This document shows positions 18,281-26,598 of a DNA stretch of 64,000 bases, piece after piece; the stretch's first letter is position 1, and every line of letters begins with the position of its first letter. The translations under genes were made by a program, and so were the position numbers. The notes beneath the pieces are model-generated. The model made no database searches. It saw nothing but the letters and a program-made list of their open reading frames with translations, and was not told the DNA's origin. Location: the NCBI GenBank assembly GCA_964468755.1, contig CAYXWH010000003.1:8421-72420 (forward strand). Direction: 5' to 3'. This stretch comes from an uncultured Dehalococcoidaceae bacterium (GTDB lineage: Bacteria; Chloroflexota; Dehalococcoidia; Dehalococcoidales; RBG-16-60-22).

Positions 18281-18309
18281 TTGACTTTTTATTCAACATT
18301 ATATATAAT
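18281..18309 (+). promoter_or_regulatory. sigma70-type promoter of the HTH membrane protein gene
   Basis: TTGACT (18281-18286), 17-nt spacer, TATAAT (18304-18309), 34 nt before the ATG at 18343. It lies inside the N-terminal extension proposed by the ORF track. Confidence 0.5.
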
Positions 18310-18342
18310 CATTCAAATACTGCACCCCCGGGGTCTTTAGTC

Positions 18343-20262
18343 ATGAATGAAGCGAAAAAATTCGGGATAAGGTTAAGGGAATTAAGAGTCAAAGCCGGCA
18401 TGACGCTGCGGGAACTTGCCAATGCAGTCAACATTGACTTCACCTACCTCAGCAAGATCGAAAATGGCATAATGCCTCCCCCCAGCGAAAAGGTACTACT
18501 GCAACTGGCTGAAGCCCTTAATACCGACCAAGATGAACTGCTCACTTTAGCCGGCAGAATACCGCCCGATATCGCTGAAATCCTGAAAGACCCGGAGGCA
18601 TTGGCCATGCTACGCTCGAAGCATGTCCAAAAGAAGAGTGAACCATCGGGCTGGAAAGGGGTTAAAATGCCAAGACCATCAGCTACGCTAAAAACGTTAT
18701 ACCGGGTGGCTATCCCGCTCATTCTGGTCATCGCCGTGGCTACCTCATTGTGGTTTGCCACCCCAACCAAGGCACTCACCATAGACTATCCAACGCTTCC
18801 CAGCGGAAATGTCGGCAGTACTCACTCCGGTCAGGTAGTGATTACCATTGAAGATAATGAGCATCTGCCGGTACAGAGTATTAATATGGAGATTTACAAT
18901 GTAGCTGACTCCACCAAGAAGGCGACCTGTACCTACCTGCCCACAACCGCTACCACCAAGAACTATTCTAGCGCTCAGACCGGTAACGGTGGCGCAGTCG
19001 CGGTTACTGCCACAACCGGTTTTGGCTGGCAGTACGTAACCAAGGCGGGTTATGCCGACTGGAAAGGGTCCGCCTATACCTGGCTTCCCATGGCCGGTTA
19101 CGGCTACGCCTATAGCCCCGGCTCAGTCTCGATAACCTATGACATAACCTGGTCGTCACCTTCGGGATGGCCCAGCGGCGACTATAAAATCAAAACCGAG
19201 ATTATCGCCAACGGTAATACCTTTACCGAGTATAGCGGCTCGTTCACCCTTGTTGCCGCCACCGGCGGTGGCTCAGTGCCGGCGACTAAGCCAGGAGCCA
19301 CCAATGTTACCAATGCGGTTAATATGCACGGTGAATTCAACCAGACGGTGACGGCAACATCCGCCGATGGAAACATCTCAATGACCATTAACAGGGGTAC
19401 CACCGGCAAGGACAAACATGGACAGACACTTAGAGAAATACTCATAGTACCGTCAAGCACACCGCCGGCGCCGCCACCACAGGCGAATATCATCGGTCTG
19501 CCCTATAATTTCGGGCCTGACGGAGCCACTTTCGACCCGCCGATTACCATTACGTTTACCTATGACCCGGCGACAATTCCCGAAGGGGTTGAGCCCGGTG
19601 ACCTGGTTATTGCCTTCTGGGATGAGAATACCAATCAGTGGGTCAAACTGGATAACATCGTTGTCGACCCGGTCTCTCATACCATCAGCGGAGAAACCAG
19701 CCACTTCACCACCTTCTCGGTCATCGCCCATACCGGTCCCGCCGGGTTTACCTTCAGTCAGCTTAACGTTACCCCCACCGATGCCACGGCTGGAGACATG
19801 GTTACCATTGAGGTCACCGTAACCAACACCGGCGACCTTAACGGCGATTGCGAAGTAATTCTTAAAATTGGTGACGAGGTATCCGAAGTCAGGCAGGTAA
19901 CGGTGGCCGGACACAGTAGCCAGCAGGTAAGCTTCACCACCACCATGGCTGATGCGGGAAGCTACACGGTGGACGTGAACGGGTTAGCCGGCACCATGAC
20001 CGTTTTACCGGCAGCGGGCCCCGCACCAGAACCCACAACCCCACCGTCTCCACCGGTACAACCGGCCCCGGCACCACCGGCTCCGGCTCCGGAACCACCA
20101 ACCCAGGCGCCAACAGTGCCAGCACCGGTGCCACCATCGGTAACACCAGAGCCATCACCGGAGGCACAAGCGTTTAACTGGTGGTATGTCGGCGGCGGTA
20201 TTATCGGCGCTATCATATTGATTACCATCGTTACCATGCTGGTGGTACGCCGCAGAGAATAG
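18343..20262 (+). CDS. XRE-family HTH protein anchored by two TM helices with a large extracytoplasmic beta-rich/CARDB-like domain
   Basis: Start moved to the ATG at 18343 (MNEAKKFGIRLRELRVKAGMTLRELANAVNIDFTYLSKIENG = HTH_3). TM1 is YRVAIPLILVIAVATSLWFA. About 430 aa are extracytoplasmic, including a CARDB-like VTIEVTVTNTGDLNGDCEVILKIGDE...SYTVDVNG. A P/A-rich linker precedes the C-terminal TM GGGIIGAIILITIVTMLVV-RRRE. Confidence 0.75.
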   Translation: MNEAKKFGIRLRELRVKAGMTLRELANAVNIDFTYLSKIENGIMPPPSEKVLLQLAEALNTDQDELLTLAGRIPPDIAEILKDPEALAMLRSKHVQKKSEPSGWKGVKMPRPSATLKTLYRVAIPLILVIAVATSLWFATPTKALTIDYPTLPSGNVGSTHSGQVVITIEDNEHLPVQSINMEIYNVADSTKKATCTYLPTTATTKNYSSAQTGNGGAVAVTATTGFGWQYVTKAGYADWKGSAYTWLPMAGYGYAYSPGSVSITYDITWSSPSGWPSGDYKIKTEIIANGNTFTEYSGSFTLVAATGGGSVPATKPGATNVTNAVNMHGEFNQTVTATSADGNISMTINRGTTGKDKHGQTLREILIVPSSTPPAPPPQANIIGLPYNFGPDGATFDPPITITFTYDPATIPEGVEPGDLVIAFWDENTNQWVKLDNIVVDPVSHTISGETSHFTTFSVIAHTGPAGFTFSQLNVTPTDATAGDMVTIEVTVTNTGDLNGDCEVILKIGDEVSEVRQVTVAGHSSQQVSFTTTMADAGSYTVDVNGLAGTMTVLPAAGPAPEPTTPPSPPVQPAPAPPAPAPEPPTQAPTVPAPVPPSVTPEPSPEAQAFNWWYVGGGIIGAIILITIVTMLVVRRRE

Positions 20263-20292
20263 TCATAATTTCTCATCCATTCAAACTCGCAA

Positions 20293-20329
20293 AGCGGGGG
20301 GCTGCTAAGTAGCAGCCCCCCGCTTTATT
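20293..20329 (+). terminator. rho-independent terminator
   Basis: AGCGGGGGGCUGCU-AAGU-AGCAGCCCCCCGCU followed by UUAUU, 30 nt after the stop at 20262. Confidence 0.8.
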
Positions 20330-20395
20330 CGTTCATGATGGTATCTACCAATATCCTTGGAACAGATAACCATAGATTTTTTGGTTAGTTACCTA

Positions 20396-20429
20396 TATAC
20401 TATAGTATAATGACCAATGTACTATAGTA
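20396..20429. promoter_or_regulatory. two copies of the palindrome TACTATAGTA (operator-like) overlapping a TATAAT box
   Basis: TATACTATAGTATA at 20396-20409 (14-nt perfect palindrome) and TACTATAGTA at 20420-20429. Centres are 22 bp apart. TATAAT at 20406-20411 overlaps the first copy. The site lies 35-70 nt upstream of the GTG at 20464. Confidence 0.4.
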
Positions 20430-20463
20430 TCATTTCATCTATCATCCGGTCACCTGAGGTTAC

Positions 20464-21216
20464 GTGAAACTAGCGCTATCACACAAGAATGCCTATACCT
20501 GGCCGGGGCTCAGCCTGCTCATCGCCGGTATAATACTATCCTCGTCAGCATATTTTATCCTTAACCTCATCTGGTTAACCGCCCTGGGCATCTGCATGCT
20601 GATATTATCGTTTATTTTACTGACTCTGGGACGAACAGTGCCCAGGCTGTCACCTGAAGTGTGTAGCCTTCTCCTCGAAACCGGTGTCGACAATATTGCC
20701 TCCATTGCGGAAGAGATTGGACTCAGGTCCAAGGCTCTCTATCTCCCCGCCTCACTTACCAGTGACCAGCCACAGGCACTCGTTCCGCTTCATTCAAACT
20801 CGTCATTGCCCACTATCGATAAAACCCTGCCCCGACGTTTTATCGTCCGCTACGGGAACCAACCGGACGACGTTGGACTGCTCATATCAACGATTGGAAG
20901 TACCGCCATTACCATGCTTGAATCAAAACCGGGACCCAGTACGGCTGAGCTTGAATCGGCGCTGAACTACCTCTTTACCGGTTGCCTTGGAATAGCCGAC
21001 GGAACGATGGTTTCCCATCTGGACAATACTATCAAAGTAGAGATTAGCCGGCCTCGCCTTGACAACCACGCCAATTGGTCACATCACTGCCTGGGAGGAC
21101 CGCTTGCTTCAGTGGTAGCCACGGTCGCCGCTGAAGCCTGGAACAAACCGGTCACCATCACTCATGAGGAGACCCGGAACGGCAAATGCTACATTGAACT
21201 CGAGGTCACCGGGTGA
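20464..21216 (+). CDS. membrane protein, unknown function (2 N-terminal TM helices + ~170-aa domain)
   Basis: 250-aa ORF with a GTG start. Hydrophobic stretches are GLSLLIAGIILSSSAYFIL and LTALGICMLILSFILLTL. I recognise no motif. It is the first gene of a translationally coupled operon. Confidence 0.5.
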   Translation: MKLALSHKNAYTWPGLSLLIAGIILSSSAYFILNLIWLTALGICMLILSFILLTLGRTVPRLSPEVCSLLLETGVDNIASIAEEIGLRSKALYLPASLTSDQPQALVPLHSNSSLPTIDKTLPRRFIVRYGNQPDDVGLLISTIGSTAITMLESKPGPSTAELESALNYLFTGCLGIADGTMVSHLDNTIKVEISRPRLDNHANWSHHCLGGPLASVVATVAAEAWNKPVTITHEETRNGKCYIELEVTG

Positions 21217-21464
21217 AATTATATAATAGGTACATTATCACCGTCGCTCTCACGCTTTTACTGACTACGGTCATCCTGGTCACTCTGGGACAGAACACAC
21301 TTACTATTTATTACACCGTTTATTTAATTGAAGCCCTTATCATCACCGAGTTATACGCATTTTTTAATTCCCGGGCACGCCGCCAGCTAACTATTGTAAG
21401 CAGTATGTTATTCGGTGGTTTTGTGTTTGTTTTATGCCGGAGCATTATTGAAATTCTGATTTGA
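21213..21464 (+). CDS. small integral membrane protein
   Basis: 83-aa ORF overlapping the upstream stop by 4 nt. It has three hydrophobic segments. Confidence 0.45.
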   Translation: MKLYNRYIITVALTLLLTTVILVTLGQNTLTIYYTVYLIEALIITELYAFFNSRARRQLTIVSSMLFGGFVFVLCRSIIEILI

Positions 21465-21483
21465 ATCTCACCTTTTAGTAATC

Positions 21484-23175
21484 ATGAAAAGACTGGTTAT
21501 TGTACTCCCGATTATGTTGATGTTGGGTGTGCTTGCCCTCAGTTGTCCCAGCCTGGCTCATCCCAACTCCATTCCTCATGAAAACCCGGCTGCTGCCGCC
21601 GGCTCGCTGGACACCGCCGAACTGCTGCTATTCTACAGCGATATGTTTAACACAGGCGCCGACAGGCGCTATCAGGACTCACGGGATATGCTCGAGGAGT
21701 TCAGGGCTCTGGATTTTGCCGGAGAGCTAAAATATGTCACCGACCGCTATAACCGTATCTCTGAAGAGCTGTTTATCACACTGAACCAAACCGAGTTCCA
21801 CCTCAACGAAGCTTCAAACTTTTTCGCAGAAAACCAGTTCCATATTGCCGAGGAGAGTCTCACCGCATCCAAGACAGCATTGCAGAACGCCCGATCCTTG
21901 CTCAACGAACTGGAGACATCTGCTGCCCTTTTAATTGAGCGGCTCCCTGTCCAACTGGACTCAGCCACCAGCCAGTTTAATCAGGCATGCCAACAACTGC
22001 AGAAAAGCCTGCAACGCCTTCACCAGCTTACCGATGAGCTGGAGCATATATCGAACCACCTCAAAGAGAGGCCGGATGCAACCATTACCACCCGGTTCTA
22101 TCACCCTACCTTACTGGAAATAGCCACGCCGGCTACCATATACCCCGGACTGCCATTTACCGTTACCGGATGGGTACAGTCAGACTACGAAAACGTTGAA
22201 CGGACGCTCAGCGTACTCTTCGACGACAGTGAGCTTGCCAGCACTACCGCCCTTGGGCATTTTACCCTTGAATCAACCGTCTCACCACACGCGTCAACCG
22301 GGAAACACGAGCTGACTGTGCAGGTCGCTGCTCAAGATAACCATGCAGCAGCCACCCAGAGTCAGCATATTACCGTCACGAGACTGCCCGTGCAGTGTGA
22401 AATTCATTCACCCAGACTCGCGGTCATGCCGCAGGAATTCACGGTTACCGGAACCGTTCAGTATAATCTCGAGTCCATTCCGGACGCCGGTATCAACCTC
22501 AGTGTCAATGACTTCTCAGCCACGACCGTAACCGATAGCAACGGTAATTTCGCGGTAACCGTTCGTCCCAGCATATCCATAGCCACCACAACCGCAGCCA
22601 ATCCTTTTTATACTACGACCACCACACAAACGCTGCCGTTTGACTTCTCATTATTCGGCTGGCGGGAAATGACCGTCACCATCGACCCGGCTGAGCCCTG
22701 GTATACTCCGGTTAAATTAACCGGACAAACATTTGTCATAAACCCGGTAAACACGGCACTACTGCTTGCCCTTTTATTTTCCCTGAGTCTGTCCGCCTAC
22801 CGACGAAGCCGGGCCATGATAACAGAACCGGACATCAATTTACCTCTCCCGGAAGATCTGCCTTCATTTACCCCGTTATCCAGCCAAAAAACTGATTTCT
22901 CCGGTATTAAGAGGGAGGTTCTGTCCAGTTATAAGAGCGGGCTGACCGCGGTAGAAAAAGCCAGTGGCATAAGCATGACGGCACCCGGCACACTCCGGGA
23001 ATTCCTGAACGCCGTCAGTCCTCTGTTAACCACCGCAGCCTCCTTGTTTGCGGAGTTAACTGAACTGGCTGAGCTGGCGCTTTACTCACCGCACAAACCC
23101 GGCGAAGACGTTGCTCTGAGGGCTGAACAACTGGCAGTAAGCCTGAAAAAGGAGACTCACCTTGGGACTCCCTAG
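21484..23175 (+). CDS. secreted/membrane-anchored protein with coiled-coil and Ig-like regions, a TM helix and a C-terminal DUF4129-like domain
   Basis: 563-aa ORF. Signal peptide MKRLVIVLPIMLMLGVLALSCPSLAHP. CarboxypepD_reg-like TVTDSNGNFAVTV. TM NTALLLALLFSLSLSAY. C-terminal GTLREFLNAV...FAELTELAELALYSPHKPGEDVA fits the DUF4129 pattern. Confidence 0.6.
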   Translation: MKRLVIVLPIMLMLGVLALSCPSLAHPNSIPHENPAAAAGSLDTAELLLFYSDMFNTGADRRYQDSRDMLEEFRALDFAGELKYVTDRYNRISEELFITLNQTEFHLNEASNFFAENQFHIAEESLTASKTALQNARSLLNELETSAALLIERLPVQLDSATSQFNQACQQLQKSLQRLHQLTDELEHISNHLKERPDATITTRFYHPTLLEIATPATIYPGLPFTVTGWVQSDYENVERTLSVLFDDSELASTTALGHFTLESTVSPHASTGKHELTVQVAAQDNHAAATQSQHITVTRLPVQCEIHSPRLAVMPQEFTVTGTVQYNLESIPDAGINLSVNDFSATTVTDSNGNFAVTVRPSISIATTTAANPFYTTTTTQTLPFDFSLFGWREMTVTIDPAEPWYTPVKLTGQTFVINPVNTALLLALLFSLSLSAYRRSRAMITEPDINLPLPEDLPSFTPLSSQKTDFSGIKREVLSSYKSGLTAVEKASGISMTAPGTLREFLNAVSPLLTTAASLFAELTELAELALYSPHKPGEDVALRAEQLAVSLKKETHLGTP

Positions 23176-24067
23176 GTTCTTGCTGATACTCACCGCAGCG
23201 CTTATCGCGCTTATGCTATTACTAGTATGGTTTGTTCCGCCGGACGATGATTTCCGGACCGGCAACCCTTCCTGGAATGGCAGCCAGTCTATCTGCGCTC
23301 ACAGCAAAGCAATACCGGTAGACTCCCTCGCCAATCTGCCCGGTTCACCCCAACGTTCCACACTTATTCTCATACCGTATCTCGATTTCACGCCGGCTGA
23401 ACTGGATACAGTGTATCATTTTGTCACTCATGGCGGCAGGCTAATCCTAGCCGACGACTATGGCTACGGCAACCGGATACTGGAACACCTCGGGCTTGCC
23501 GCACGCTTCTCCGGACAAAGCCTTCTCGACCCGATATTACACTATAAGAACAAATGGCTTCCCAGGATTACCCGCTTTTACCCCGGTACAGTTACCAGCG
23601 GTATTGATAGCATTGTCCTCAACCATGCCACTACTATCGACCATATTGAAACCGGGGCGGCTATTGCTCTTTCTTCCTCTTTTAGCTTTCTTGACCGGAA
23701 TGGTAACAGCATCCGCGAAGACGATGAACCCACCGGCCCGCTTCCGGTTATCTCCCGACACTATTTGGGAAGCGGACAGATTTTCCTGATCGCTGACCCG
23801 AGCATCTTTATTAACAGCATGGAGGCAGTGGCCGACAACAATATCTTTCTCCAGACCATAACCGGTACCACTGTCTCCGGTCTCTACATTGACCAGTCGC
23901 ACCTGCCACCATCAAACCTTTACCGAATGAAAAGCCTGCTCGCTCACACGCGTGATTTCTTTACCTCCCCGGTTATCACCATTGAACTGATACTGATGGT
24001 TTTGCTACTTACCTTAAGCCCCATATGGTATAAACCAGCTAATCGATTCTGGAAAGGAGACAAATAA
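23162..24067 (+). CDS. DUF4350-like membrane protein
   Basis: 301-aa ORF with a TTG start and 14-nt overlap. It has an N-terminal TM, then STLILIPYLDFTPAELDTVYHFVTHGGRLILADDYGYGN, and a C-terminal TM. The pattern and gene context fit DUF4350. Tentative. Confidence 0.5.
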   Translation: MGLPRFLLILTAALIALMLLLVWFVPPDDDFRTGNPSWNGSQSICAHSKAIPVDSLANLPGSPQRSTLILIPYLDFTPAELDTVYHFVTHGGRLILADDYGYGNRILEHLGLAARFSGQSLLDPILHYKNKWLPRITRFYPGTVTSGIDSIVLNHATTIDHIETGAAIALSSSFSFLDRNGNSIREDDEPTGPLPVISRHYLGSGQIFLIADPSIFINSMEAVADNNIFLQTITGTTVSGLYIDQSHLPPSNLYRMKSLLAHTRDFFTSPVITIELILMVLLLTLSPIWYKPANRFWKGDK

Positions 24068-25008
24068 TGGCGACAGATCTGGCAAAGTTACATACACTGG
24101 CCAATAATATCATCACTGAGGTATCCAGGATAGTTATCGGCAAAGATGATTTAAAGGAAACCCTGCTGGTAGCCCTGTTGAGTCAGGGGCATGTGCTTAT
24201 TGAAGGGCTTCCCGGCACCGCGAAAACCACCATTGCCCGTACCTTCGCCCGCGCTATCGGGGGTATTTTCAAACGAGTGCAGGGTACCCCGGACATGTTA
24301 CCGGCTGATATCACCGGGTTCTACCTTTATCGTCCCGATGGCAGCTCTACCTTCATGCCCGGTCCAATCTTTGCCAACATACTGCTGGCGGATGAGTTGA
24401 ACCGGACTACCTCCCGTTGTCAGTCAGCCCTCCTCGAAGCCATGCAGGAACAGCAGGTCTCTATCGAACGGGAGACCCACACCATCGATTCCCCGTTCCT
24501 CGTCATTGCCAGCCAGGTACCCTATGGCAGCCCCGGTACCTCCCCACTCAGCGAGGTACAGCTTGACCGCTTCATGTTCCGCGTCTGGAGTGCTCTCCCC
24601 GGCATCGAAGAAGAGAAGCAAGTACTCAGCAACATTGATACCATATCTGAACCTCATACTTCGGCGGTTACCACTACGGCTCAGATTGTCCGGTTGCGGC
24701 AAGAGGTCAAAAAGATACATATTTCCGAGGATATCGTGAATTACATCATTGCCCTGCTTGATAGCCTGCGCCATCATCAGGAAGTGGCGCTTGGCCCCAG
24801 CCCCCGGGCTGGTATTGCCCTTTATAAAGGCTCACGGGCACTGGCTTTTATCCGGGGAAGGGATTTCGTCATTCCTGATGATATAAAGCAATTGCTGATT
24901 CCCGGTCTCTCTCACCGACTCCACGTCAGTGCCGAAGCGGCTATGGAAGAGGTTACCGCCGAAGACATTATCAACACCGTAGCCGGTCAGGTGCCGGTAC
25001 CTAAATAA
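24067..25008 (+). CDS. moxR: MoxR-family AAA+ ATPase
   Basis: 313-aa ORF with Walker A GHVLIEGLPGTAKT, Walker B ILLADELNR, and the typical MoxR C-terminal lid (GPSPRAGIAL). Confidence 0.92.
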   Translation: MATDLAKLHTLANNIITEVSRIVIGKDDLKETLLVALLSQGHVLIEGLPGTAKTTIARTFARAIGGIFKRVQGTPDMLPADITGFYLYRPDGSSTFMPGPIFANILLADELNRTTSRCQSALLEAMQEQQVSIERETHTIDSPFLVIASQVPYGSPGTSPLSEVQLDRFMFRVWSALPGIEEEKQVLSNIDTISEPHTSAVTTTAQIVRLRQEVKKIHISEDIVNYIIALLDSLRHHQEVALGPSPRAGIALYKGSRALAFIRGRDFVIPDDIKQLLIPGLSHRLHVSAEAAMEEVTAEDIINTVAGQVPVPK

Positions 25009-25012
25009 GACC

Positions 25013-26593
25013 ATGCATGATTCATCAATAAAATTATTATGTCAAATATATGCCCTGCTGGTGCTGCTGGCAACAACGGCGATGTCAGCGCTGCCTTACT
25101 CGGCACTGAGCCTGATTATATTACTGATAATGCTATGGATTACCATGCGGCCACTACCCTACAGGTTCACCATGGTCTTTACCATACTGGCCATATTTTT
25201 GTTAACACCGGCGCTGGCATCCGTTACCAGTCGAACACTAGGCTTGCCGTCACCTGCAGTGGAACTCGTGCCGGCAATCCTGATTCTGCCCTTTATCTAC
25301 CTACTGGACGGGCATCTGCAGCAAGGGGGGCATCACCGCGGTGAATTCGCACCGGGCAACAAAGTGCGTCACATCACCAGAACCGGAGTTGCCCTGTTTG
25401 CCACAGCGCTTGCGGCACTAGTCATCGCCACCATCACCGATAAAACCGAGCTGGTCTTTACGGCTGCGTTCTTTCTCATGTACCTGCTATGGATGCTGAC
25501 AAGAATAGTACTCACGGTACCACGCCAACCAGTGAACACTGGTGCCACCGTTAAAAAGGTAATCGCCGGTGCCACGACTGATATCCGCCTGGATATTACC
25601 AGCAAGGCCCGGGGTGAAATACAATGCCTGATACGCCCCGAAGCACCATGGGTCAGGGTAAGTCCACAAAGGTTCAGCAATAGCAACGGAAAAATGGAGG
25701 TCAGCCTTCAGCTCACCCCGCCACTCGCCGGCCCGACAACAGTGCAACTCCTGGTCTCGGTCATCGATTCGCGAGGCTTAGTCCAAACAAACCAGACAAT
25801 CAATCCGCTGGAGCTACGGGTTATCCCCCGTGCCAAATACGCCGATTGGCTGGCGAGGAAGTACCTGGAATCCACTGGCGACGGAGTTATCGGAACCGCA
25901 TCAACAGCAAAGTCCACGGCATTGCTCAAAGGCGGCATCGAATACCAGGAAAGTCGAAGTTACCGGGCTGGTGATGAGCTCAGAACCATAGACTGGAAAC
26001 ACACCCTTAAATTAAGCCAGCTAATCGTCAAAGAATACGCAGACTCCAGGGAAAAAGCAGCCATAATTGCCGTAAACCTCGCCGTTAATGATGCTGAAGA
26101 GGCGGATGTGCTCGCCTTTAACCTGATAACGGCCGCACTAACCCTTAGCCGGGAAAATATAGCAACTTCTCTCGTTGCCTATAATCATCGTAGCCTGGTC
26201 CGTAGTACCACAGTCACCAGTCCTGCGGAAATTCTCGGGCAAACCCTGGCACTGGTCAAAGACATCACCGTGGTAAAGCTGTCACCGCGCTACCTTGAAC
26301 CACCGGACATTACCCGATTGAGGCACCACAGGTCTTTGCTTAAAAAGGCAACCTCAGTATCAGCAGGTCGGCTCTACGACCTGCTCACCTTCGAGTACCG
26401 GGCTATCGAGGAAGCCGCCAGGAAACATCCGGCAACCCTTGCCCTCTCAACGGCAATCGGTCAGACACCGGTACCAGCCGTGATACTGCTGATATCACCA
26501 CTCAACCATGACACCGAAGCCCTGACCGTTATACTGGAGAAGCTATCCACAAAGGAGTTCCGCACGATAAAGCTACCCGTAAATGACCGATAG
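25013..26593 (+). CDS. DUF58 domain protein with polytopic N-terminal membrane region
   Basis: 526-aa ORF with about five N-terminal hydrophobic helices. The DUF58 signature YQESRSYRAGDELRTIDWKHTLKLSQLIVKEY is present. Confidence 0.85.
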   Translation: MHDSSIKLLCQIYALLVLLATTAMSALPYSALSLIILLIMLWITMRPLPYRFTMVFTILAIFLLTPALASVTSRTLGLPSPAVELVPAILILPFIYLLDGHLQQGGHHRGEFAPGNKVRHITRTGVALFATALAALVIATITDKTELVFTAAFFLMYLLWMLTRIVLTVPRQPVNTGATVKKVIAGATTDIRLDITSKARGEIQCLIRPEAPWVRVSPQRFSNSNGKMEVSLQLTPPLAGPTTVQLLVSVIDSRGLVQTNQTINPLELRVIPRAKYADWLARKYLESTGDGVIGTASTAKSTALLKGGIEYQESRSYRAGDELRTIDWKHTLKLSQLIVKEYADSREKAAIIAVNLAVNDAEEADVLAFNLITAALTLSRENIATSLVAYNHRSLVRSTTVTSPAEILGQTLALVKDITVVKLSPRYLEPPDITRLRHHRSLLKKATSVSAGRLYDLLTFEYRAIEEAARKHPATLALSTAIGQTPVPAVILLISPLNHDTEALTVILEKLSTKEFRTIKLPVNDR

Positions 26594-26598
26594 CCGGT

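Noticed and set aside
18247-18342. N-terminal 32-aa extension (MTKWYYFGQITLDFLFNIIYNH...) of the HTH protein proposed by the ORF track.
   Set aside because: The extension contains a near-consensus TTGACT-17-TATAAT promoter, is AT-rich with atypical composition, and the canonical HTH begins right after the ATG at 18343.
20030-20165. Repetitive CCGGCNCCGG-rich DNA, considered as a possible tandem repeat or array.
   Set aside because: It is in frame within the HTH membrane protein and encodes a Pro/Ala-rich linker (PAPEPTTPPSPPVQPAPAPPAPAPEPP). It is low-complexity coding sequence, not a spacer-repeat structure.
26594-26598. Convergent gene ends with almost no spacer (DUF58 stop at 26593 / glmS stop at 26599; also 56981/57015 and 61558/61588), checked for shared bidirectional terminators.
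   Set aside because: No stable hairpin with flanking A/T tracts is visible in these spacers, so nothing can be called from sequence alone.
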